From positions 10,416,001-10,480,000 of the forward strand of contig NC_092672.1 in NCBI RefSeq assembly GCF_964355755.1: DNA of 64,000 bases, given 5' to 3'. The DNA comes from Antedon mediterranea. Its lineage: Eukaryota > Animalia > Echinodermata. Both the position numbers and the translations under genes were made by a program. The notes beneath the pieces are model-generated. The model worked only from the letters and a program-made list of their open reading frames with translations, did not search any database and had not been told where the DNA came from. Of the stretch, positions 50,512 through 61,700 are shown piece after piece. Every line of letters starts with the position of its first letter. Within the stretch, counting starts at the first letter, position 1.

Positions 50512-53500
50512 TAGTGTAGGCCACTATGTAATTTCGTGTCATTTTTTTGTTAAAAGCAAAATTCCAGCTCATTTAGTGTCTTTACGATGTAAAGTAATGA
50601 AAAAAATATGTTGCCATTTTTTTTAAAAAGCTTAACGGTGTCAAATCCAAGATGGCCGCCAATACGTAAAATATCCAATAAATGTACCATATTGGACAAA
50701 GTAACACCCATTATGAAAAATATTTTAAGTTCATATGGGTTCTCTGCTATATAAGAATTATTATAAACCTATATTCATTAGTATTCTGACATTTTGAATT
50801 TCAAAATGGCCGCCATTTTTTAAAAATGGATTAAATTTCTTATTAAAACATGTGCAAGTTATGACGTTGATTGAAATCACATAAAATGATAGGCCTATGA
50901 CAACAACATTGGTGATTAACACAAAATGGCGGCCATTTTGAATTTTAAAATGGCCGCCATTTTTAAAAAATGGGTTAAATTTCTTATTAAAACTTGTATA
51001 AGTTAAATAAAATTAGATTGAAATATACAAAATGATATGCTTATGACAACAACATGGTGATTAACACAAAATGTTGACCATCAGGAGATCTACAGTACTG
51101 ACAGAACACTTCTTCATATTAAAACATCTCATAAACTTCTTCAGTTAAATTACAACTACTGCCAAAGTCCTTCAATGAAATATTTCTAATCTTGAATGCG
51201 ATACAGTAAGTTTACCTTCCTTCGTTCTCTACTACTGTATCCATCGAACTTCCACAGACTGATCTGCATTCCCAACAACCTTGTTCAGAAACAAATTGGC
51301 AAAATAACTGAAATACCTCATTTCACCGGCAAATAATCTCTATATGAGTCTTCTTTTACTTTGATAAGTGTGTCACCTGTATTCACCGTCATATATATTT
51401 TTTGCCAATATTTTTCTTTTTCTTAGGATTCCATATAGACAGTTTTCCTTCTACAAGACTTTTACCAATGCCTCAAACATTTTCTGTCCAATTTCATCAT
51501 GCCATGGCCAACAAACACCTTTGTGCGAATTGCAGCATTCTTCATTAATCGGGATATCATCTCTCTTTAAATGTTAACTAGATTTGACAGCTCTGATGAA
51601 ATCATTAATTTGTGTTATTCCAATGATACCACGCTCAATGACCCTGATCAATTGATGTAAATCCAGCAAGTCCCACACATACATGCCCTCTCATATACAT
51701 ATATAGGGATATAGTTTAACCACATCATTTAGATTTTGTCGACTCTCTGTATTCAAGTTATTATCTTTATGATCAGCCTCTTTCAAACAAAATGATACTT
51801 AACTTAGAATCTCTTTCTCTGTCTGCATTTGTAGAAGCAAGTTGTAGAGAGAAAGCAGAATTAGTGTGCTTTTGTCCTTTAGAGATGTTTTCCATTTAAG
51901 ATATTTGTGTCACTGGTTGTATAGGTAATACAAGTTCACAAAAGCACTTGCCTCAACACTATTTTCACAATGCTACATGTCCAAAAGCCATATAGTTCAC
52001 CGGGTCGACATAATAATTGCTTTTTGATGTCATCTCTGTCCACCTCCACTCATCTCTGGCAGGAGTCATCACCAGGGATTCTTGTCTTTCCCTAGTACAT
52101 GAGTTTTTATACCACAACCATGTGCACTCATCAAACCAGTGTATAATGCTGGTCTGTCTGTAGGGGGTTCATATCTAATGAAATTGGTTGAGATTGTAGA
52201 AGATGAGAAGTAGGAGTTCATTCATTTACAAGGTTATTTATAGGCAGAGCTGTATCTGTATTTTCTTCAAGCTTCTGCCAAAAGTTGACAGGTTGAAAAC
52301 TTACCAACCATACTGGTGACTATGGCCCTGAAGGTTCAGATATTGAATTACATAGCAATAACGCATTATTATTTACCATATTTATACAGGATTTCACAAT
52401 AAGGTATAAATGCACTAGTTTTATATTGTGGTCCTGTCTCCTGTCAAGTTTCAGTTTCATGAAAAGAAATGAGATCTGTAATTTAGAATCTATATATAAA
52501 TTATGGTTAATTCTGACATAGGCGAGCACAATGGAAAAACTTTATTTCTGCCTTGGATACCTACCTGAACTATCTCAGGTGTACCGCAAAATGTAAAACA
52601 GTTTTCACTATTACGATATTGTTCCATATTTCTATCTTAGGAATATATTATAAAGAGTTTTAAAACAAAATTTCTGATTCATCGGTAGATTTTCAACTCA
52701 ATTTCAATTGTACGCAGTCAAAGTAATTTCCGGGTTCATGATGAGTTCACAGGTTCACCTTGCAACTACCTGGTTTCAGTTAAGGTGGTCGTTAGTGGCT
52801 ATAGCTATTTTAGTTTTTTGTTTATTTTCGGATTGGACCGCGCGTGTGAAGGTACAGTAGTTAAAAAATAAAATCCCGATAGCCGAGTTTATTGAGTAAG
52901 CTGGCAGGAATAACTGTAGGCTATCTGTGTCCCATTAGGGCCCATATTGCAAGCAGTCTAAAACATCTTCCTTCTTGGGCCGAAACGGCCTACACTGTCG
53001 CGGAAGTTAGTTTCAAAAGATGTTTAAATTAAATAATGTATTATGATGGTATTTATTTGAATAAACGCCTCCCCAATAAAACATCACTTTGAATAATAAT
53101 CGCCTACACCCACCCCACCCCCTACCTATCTAATAAACGCCCATCCACATTAATTATACACACAATATTGTATATACTATTTATAATAAAATTCATTACA
53201 CTGTTAACTATAATTTACCAAGCATTTGTTATAATTTTTTACCACTTTTCATATCTATTAAAGGATTTTATTTGATTATAAATGTTACGATATTATTAAA
53301 ACTAAAAAATCCCTCGAAAAAGCATCTCCCTCAAATGAACTCTGCCTCCCCACCTCCGCCCTATAAAACAATAAACACTATACTTTAAAATGTTATTAAT
53401 CATCTAAGACACTGTGAAACAGAGTAGGTTTAGTTTTTCGAATGTCAAGCATTTTCAATAATGGTAACATCGTTTACATTTCCTAGAGGGGAGCGAGCAA

Positions 53501-54090
53501 ACTAGAGGTCTAACCCTCTAGTTAGACGTAATTGTTGTTGAATATTTGATATAAATTGTTAAGTTGTTCCATACTTTTGCAACTCCAACTTTGAACGATT
53601 ATTTAATTTAATAGTCATAGTCATATTATATACTGTTATATAGAGGACATTGACAACTTTAGCCTTATATTTACAATTTACAATCCTGTGAGAAGTGACA
53701 ATTTTAGAACATTGTGTACAAACAACAATTTATGCACACATATTTAAAAAAAATTATTTAAAGAATTTAATTTTTAGTGGCGGCCATTTTGAAAACCAAG
53801 ATGGCTGACAGATTATCGCTTTACATTATAGTTATTGTATAATGGGTACAGTAATACCATCAAAACGGACTTGTTCCACATTCATAATTTGTATTATTGG
53901 TGATATTCTGATTTTCAATAGGGTTATTTAAATGTTGGCGGCCATCTTGAATTTGGTCCTTTAAATGTCTTTTGAAAAAATGGCAACATATTTTTTTTCA
54001 TTCCTTATCAAGATATGAAATAAAGTCAAAGTTTGCTTTTAACAAAAAATATACACGACATTCATATAAACGACATACCAGCCTACACTA
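50512..54090 (-). mobile_element. Decayed Academ-type DNA transposon (3579 bp)
   Basis: Termini TAGTGTAGG / CCTACACTA, ~150-bp imperfect TIRs, AAA 3-bp duplication. Minus-strand remnants such as GQKMFEALVK/LVEGKLSIWNPKKKK/DTLIKVKED resemble my recollection of Academ transposase. Confidence 0.75.
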
Positions 54091-54299
54091 AAAGTGCAAT
54101 TGCATAGTTTTGGTAATTGTAAGGTTTATGAGTGAGTTATATGACTTGTTTACATAGTAGTTCCAATGTAAACATACTATGTATATATGAATAGAATACT
54201 GAATTACAAACACACATATTCTATGATGACTTTTCACTGAATTATTGGTTGTTCGTACGTGCTGATAAGGTCTGTGGACTTTAGTACTTTTACATTGAT

Positions 54300-54384
54300 A
54301 TCCAAAATGGCGTAACGAAGAGCTTACGGCTGACGATACCTGTGGAATTTTAGGGATATTCTCTCAATCCTGTTGAAAACTAGA
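54300..54384 (+). promoter_or_regulatory. Probable non-coding first exon / TSS region of the TMEM44-like gene
   Basis: Locally CpG-containing, with a YY1-type CAAAATGGCG motif (54303-54312) and a gtaagt donor at 54385. The next acceptor (tctag, 55395) precedes the ATG at 55412. The exon start is approximate. Confidence 0.55.
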
Positions 54385-55411
54385 GTAAGTATATTCAATT
54401 ATAGGCGGCCTACGTTGTTAATGTTAACGCTTGGAAGCGCCGGTAAAATGATGAAATAAGTATATTGTAAGTAAAGCTATATTGATGACCCTAACCGATA
54501 GACCGCGTGAAGATAGATACAAATTTAAAATGCAAATACATAATATTGTGTTTTGGATATGAATTATCTGCTGTAGACATGTATTAGTCGTGCCGCTTAA
54601 TATAATAACATTAGGCCTATGTTATTCTTATTATTACAATTCCATTAAACTTAATTTACATGCCATTTCAGTTGGCCTATTATTAGCATTGTAGTATAGG
54701 CCGATATTGAGCATCCTTGTCGTATACCACTATTCATATTAAAATGTTGTGATTAACCATTTATGTCATAAAATATTTGATCCATTGCGTTTTTGGTTAA
54801 ATTTAACTATTTAAGTAAAAAACATTAATTTTTTCCATTTTTTTTTTCTACGAAAGTGATAAGTTTATTAAAACTACAAAATAATCTATTTAGAGTCTGA
54901 TTTTATTATTCTTTATTTTTCATGTTTGTGGGGGACAATACATCTTTAACAGAATTAGAACAGTGAAACAATTTAGGGCATAAAACCAGCCGTATAAATC
55001 CTCATTATAGATTAAAACATATTGAACAAGATAAAAGAACATTGCAAACAAAGCCATTCTGATTGTCACATAAATAAATAGGATTAAAAATAATTATTAG
55101 ATAGATAAAATGTCATGCACATACTCATTTGTATACTAAATAAAAGGTAATAATACGACTTAAATTTAAACATTGAACATTTCAAGTAAATGAGATGTTG
55201 ATATCAGACACCCTATTCGTATTCGGAGTCAATACATCCTTAAACCCTATACCATTATGTGTTATTTCTCAAGAGACTTACAAAATGCATTCTAACACGT
55301 AGGTCTACTCTTCGACACAGAAAACACAACTTCGACCATCTAGATCGTAACAAACATTCTCAAGATCATCTCACAAAGTAATATTCTTAATCTAGGTGGT
55401 GTTGGACTACG

Positions 55412-55734
55412 ATGTCTGAGTGGAACAATAGCAGTGATGGTGGGATGTCTGGGTGGAACAATAGCAGTGATGGGATGTCTGGGTGGAACATAACCACTGA
55501 TGGGATGCCTTGGTTGAACAATAGCACTGATGGGATGTCTGGGTTGAACAATAGCACTGATGGGATGCCTAGGTTGAGCAATATCACTGATGGGGATGAG
55601 AAGTCGGGAAACTGCAACAGTAGTTCAACGGGTGTTTACAATGTCTTCAATATGTGTTTGGTGTCTTCAATTCAACATGTAGGATTTGCATTCTCATTTA
55701 TAGCTATCGCCCTGTGGTTTGCATCACATTTCCT
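55412..55734 (+). CDS. TMEM44: TMEM44-like coding exon 1 (N-terminal repeats + TM1)
   Basis: ATG at 55412, hydrophobic VGFAFSFIAIALWFASHF, gtaagt donor, phase 2. Confidence 0.85.
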
Positions 55735-58700
55735 GTAAGTACAGCAAGGTCATTTATTGCCTTATAATACTAAATACTGGTTTGCGTGGAAGCTACAGTT
55801 AGTAGGCATGCAACTATTTTAGATTCTTTCTCTCTTTTCTGCCAAATCAATGGTGCTTTAGTTAGTCACCATTACAATAAATGTTGCAATGTTTTATTAG
55901 CTTCGGGTATTTTACATTTTAAAATTTTACTTTTATTGCCGAATGTAATAATATAAACATACATCCGATATGCATCTCTACCGACCGGTCTAAATAAAAA
56001 AAAACAACAAACTTAGAGCTCTTTTATGTACTAATCATAGTTTATTAGTAGGGTGTTTCTCGGGAACCATTATATATTTGAAGATTGTTGGAAAGTTGGA
56101 TGAAAGGATGATGGTCGCCGTTGACAATTAAGATTATAATTTTTCTACTCAACTATCTCCCATGACGACGATGATGATGACAATTTATTTAGTTATCTTA
56201 TAGTCCTATATTTTTGTTCGACAAAAACGTCTGGGAGCCATTAAAGGTCATGAAGGCCAGAAGTCCCATCTTAATACAATGTTACTGACAACATGAGTGA
56301 TTGACTCCGTTTTAATATCTATATATAGACTATTATTTTTCATTAATTAAATGATTATTATTTTTTTAGAATTTTAAGAACAAATCATCAAGATTTTAAG
56401 GCAACATTTAATCGTTTGTTTTTTACACTCCATCGTGCCGCTGCAAATCTGTGTAATCTCCTGGGATGTTTATTGAGCAACCAGATAGGCACAATGGTAA
56501 GAACAGCGAGTTTTTTCTCGTCTCGTCATTTCTTGTGAAATCATTTGAAAATAATGTATGAAACGACTTATCCTCACACTCACAAGCGTTCATCCTTTTA
56601 ATAAATCACACATTCCAAACGTTTCCAATCTCTCAATCCAATTTCAGAAACCGGTAACCAATTCTCATGCTCAGCTTATTAGATTTTCTGCGTCATGGAT
56701 AAATAAAGTATAAACGTTATAGGCTATAAGTTTGTGAACATTGTGGGAATAGAGGCCTAGGGCCTATACATTCCAGAGTCTGCCTTGTATTTATTTGTGG
56801 TTATAAGGCTGGTTTCGTATAACAATTTTCTGGGTTTCTTGTTTTTTTACGTTTTACAGGTTTTAACTGCAATTTATTTCTTGGTGATGGATGTCGTATT
56901 TATTGGACAATATTTTTATTATGTACACAAGAGAAGGCCTGGTTCACACGATGGATTTCAATACAGTAATTTTTCACCTGCAGGAACTCGTACGTAGACT
57001 TGAGATATCAAATCTAGACCCGACTAGCCATCCAATCTAGACCCAACTTACTTTCTAATTTCGACCAGATTTATATCCAATCTCTACACAACTTCTATCC
57101 AATCTCGACCCGACTGAGGTATCTAATCTTGACTCGACTGAGCTATCCAATCTCGACCCGACGATTGGGCTATCCAATCTTGACCCGACTGAGCTATCCA
57201 ATCTCGACCCGACTGAGCTATCCAATCTCGACACAACTGAGCTATCCACTCGACCCGATTGAGCTATTCAATGTCTACCCGACTGAGCCATCCAATCTTG
57301 ACCCGACTGAGCTATCCAATTTCAACCTAACTGAGCTATCCAATCTCCGAAGCTAACCAGGGAGATGTAAAATAAATCTCCATGTGAGCTAACCGACTGA
57401 GCTATCCAATCTCCAACCGACTGAGCTATCCATAACCGACTGAGCTATCCACTTTCCAAAGATAACCGACTGAGCTATCACCTCAACGAATCTAACCGAC
57501 TGAGCTATCCAATATCCGAAGACAACCGAGCTCCCAAAAACACATAGATAATAATCTATTTTCTAGAAATGCGATTAGTTTATTTGACTTGCGTGCGCTG
57601 AATAATTTGGAAAAACTTTTGACAATAATACGGCAAACGTCCTCACTGTTTATTTGTATGATATAATTCACAAGAAAAGCAAACATTTTATTAATTCTAA
57701 TATTTTAAAATTATGTTAATTAATAGTTTTTGATAACGCATTTAAATATTTAAATTAAAATATTAATTTATTCAACTTTATCTTTGTAAGCGATATTTCT
57801 GTATTTAATATGCCTAAATAAGTTCATTTATTTTGTTTAGCTAATTGGAAAGACAAGCCAAGGAAAACTGGTTCACTAAGCCGATACAAAATGAATGGAT
57901 CAGGCTTCCAAGTGTTATGTATAGGGACAACGTGCTTCTTCTCCGTGTCTTATCTAAGTAGCTGGTTAATTCCTAAGCCGCAATCAGGCCAGCCAAAATG
58001 GTCTCCAACTGGACGTGTTCTACTTGGAAGCCACGAAGACTTTCTTCAGGTTTATTTGAATGCTTTGTTTTAAACAATAAAATGCATCCTTTTACTGCTT
58101 ATAAACGTGACAATAAATAGCAATAACAATTCATTCAGAAACCTCTATCCAACAATCACACAATTATGGCTTCATTCCTATTATAGGTTAATGGAAACAA
58201 CTCTGGGACCTTGTTTTTTCACGACTTGACTCAACTTCACGAGATTCCTAAAATAATTAATCATTTTCTAGTACAAATAAAGAGAGGAAAGCCATCATTC
58301 AATATTTTGATCTTTTGGATTTAAATGATCCATCGGGAATAAAAATATCTTCACATCCAGGAAATAATAGTATAATAATCAAAGTATGAAAAATAGATTT
58401 ATAAACCATTAGCCTTAGGCCTACAAGGTGTTACAAGGAAAATCTAAATTATCAATTATTTTATCAATAACTTGAAACTCAAAACGGCAGCGGATTTGCA
58501 AAAATAAAAGCAATTGCACTAAACAGAAACGAATGGAGAGGTGGAGGTACGTGTATATACAGGGTAAGCCAGGTGGATAAGTATAGGCCTACGTGGACCT
58601 TTTTGCAATGAGGCGGTAAATGTAATGCATATTAATAAATCATATAACAAGCCTAACTTTCTTCTTCCTAGACCGAAGACGCTGTAGCCGGTTACGTACT

Positions 58701-61700
58701 TGGCGTAGTATCCAGTTTGTTGTATTGTGCATACAAGATTCCAGAGGTTATATCCATGGTAAGATTGTGGAACGTTTAATTTTTAAAAGACAGGCACATT
58801 TCACTTGTAGAACAGAGAGGAAAAACACGTTCAATTCAATTCAACTCTATATTAAGTACGAAGGCCCAGATTAACAGTAGGCCTACTTAATTATGGCGTA
58901 GTAGTCGACTGTTGATGAAAGAAATGGATTGGTTTCGCTTACACATCATTCAAATGTATAAGTTTTGTGTTACCATTTTGCGCACACTTTCTTATAACAT
59001 TAATTTACGGTAACATTAACAATGACGTTGTTTTTTATGAGAAATATAAAAAAGTTCATGTTGAATTGTTTTAATTGACAAATCCTAAAAATAAGCCTAT
59101 ATTGACAGTCACAAACGAAGTGACTTTCAACGTTTCAACGATCCAGTCGATAGCAGACCACCAGCACACCAAACATGCGTGCTTTGGTGGCTCAATTCTT
59201 CAATTCAACATAAACTGGTGGCTGAATTCAGTCCACATTAATTCCGTATTCAATAAGAGTATAATTCAATGAAATTATAAATTATCTTTTGAATTAGAAT
59301 AGGCACAATGTATCAATTGCTATCGTTGGAGATTTGTTTATGTGGCCAACAATACCAAAAGTCAAAACTGCCCACTCGTGTCATTCGGATAATCAAAATT
59401 AATCGTTGTACACAATAATGATTATTCACAAGAGATCAAATAGCGGATGATTTGTGTTTGAAACTAACTTGAAGAGCTAGAGCTACGAACAATGCTTACG
59501 GTGCTATATTACGCTAATGTACTCCAGTCTTAATCTATAGTTGTTTGTTCCGTCGAGACTTTTAAGATACTGTATTGACGTCATCCGCCAAAGTACTACT
59601 GCACGTCATAATTAAAGAGGTAAATTAAAGCTGTCAGTAATAAAATGACGTCATCTTAATATAACCTACATTATTGTTTGTTGCAGAAGCGGCATCGACT
59701 TCATTTGGGAAGATCTTTTTATTGTCATTTTCTTCAGATATTCGCCAATATGACTTATGTTTTATCAATCTTGGCCTACGACAAGGAGACTGGTCATGTT
59801 GTGGACACACTACCATGGACAATAGGAAGGTACAACAATTAAAAAAATGTTATGTTCATTATTGGTGTAATTGTAGGAAATAATAATAATAATGTCAATA
59901 TTCCCCTGGTTCCTGATAGTATAAATTGATATTTGTTTTTATTTCAGTATTTTAATGATTGGTTTTGATCTTATTGTATCCTTTATATTAATTTACTTAT
60001 TAGTTAGTTAATTACATCATTAGGAAAACAAAAATGATATTATGTCATCGATCCTTTCCTAAGTTTCCTTTTTTATGATAACCTAATCGATGATAATTTG
60101 TCCGTGATTTATGAATATAACCGGGTTCTTATCTGAATGATGGGAAATAGGCAAATACCAATATATAGGCCTAGTCTAATATTCATAAGCACATTTCTGT
60201 GATATGACTCGATCATGTTTACGTGAAATTACCTTAACACTGGACAACAGATCTTATATCACATTCTCAAGTACAAGCGACCAAAACAACTGTCTTCCAA
60301 ACGATTACGTAATAGTCCAGGTTACCACGCCGCCGATTTAGAAGATGCCGAAGATCTCAACAGACAACATGCAGAGGGCGAAGATGATGACGTGGATTCG
60401 TGGGTTCAGATGGGTGACGTAGGAGGAAGTCTCCCTAGAATAGAGGAAGAAGAGGAGGATGACGAAGAGCGATATAGGGTCGTAGATATGGTAGATATTT
60501 ACTGTTTACTAATGTGGGTATAGTAGAAAAGACGACCCATATTATAGGCCTAAAGCTTGGTTCCCAATACGACGCAACGCAAGGACCTAAGGGCAACACA
60601 ATTGACCAATCACAAGCGATGGATTATCCAACGTTTCGCTTGCCATTGGTCAATTTGCTTGCGTTACACTTACGTCATTGCGTTGTAAAGGACCAAGCTT
60701 AAAGAGGAATTACGGCAGCAGCCACCGATGATTAGGTCATGAAGACGTCAATGAAGGACAAAATGATAGGTCTAGTCTATATTCAGTAAACCGGGATGGG
60801 AAGTAGGCCTCAGTCGTTTAAAGGCCAGAACGTTTGGGGAAAAATCTATGTTATTTCGTATGCCTATTTTTGCACAAAACGTTCAGGGTAGATTTTTATG
60901 TAGGAAAAGCTTTGCGGTTTTCTGCTTACCGTTACCACTTGTCTGTGAATTTAAGATATGGACACGATAAAATTGACTTTTATGTTCTATATAGGCAAAC
61001 AACCAAGCCAAAGTGGAACTTGTGTACGATGATACTGGATCAAGGACACAAGAGTCTGAGCTGACCTACCATTCAAGTTCCGAATCAATATATTTGGATA
61101 CGATGGACGAACCGGTACAGAAACAAGAACCGGAAGATCTTGAGGTACGATTAATGTCTGCTTTTAAAACATAGTAGCTGCACGTATATTGCCATATATC
61201 ACCATCTTATTATGGCATAGGACCACTTTCTATCAAAAAATAAAAAGGTCGAAATTCGCCCATTTTCCGACAAAATTCATGTAGGGCTACAGGGATTTTT
61301 TTTGCAAAATCACCGAAATTATGGACTTATTCAACAGTTAGGTTGATTTATGGATATTGAAAAAAAAACACAAAACAACATAATTCATTGTTTAAATTAT
61401 ATATCAATTTTCCATAACAATATATATTTTTATAATTTAACAATTATTATACACATGCAAAATTATCTAAAAAAGTATAAAATAATTCTCTCTTCTCTTG
61501 GAATTTTAAAATAATTTAGAAAAATATAAAGTAATTCAGTAAACTGTCCAAAGGGTGTGTTTCATAACATCATCATTTTCTTTTCTAATATTCTGTAGTC
61601 TGTGTTTCAAGTTTCTTCTAACATTCCTTATTCTGGTCAATCATAAGGCTGGTGTTGGTCAAGTTTATTCTAACATTCCTTGGTCTGGTCAATCATAAGG

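Noticed and set aside
59298-59402. Candidate TMEM44-like exon after gaattag
   Set aside because: Reaches a stop with no good donor; the exon at 59687 supplies the expected conserved motifs.
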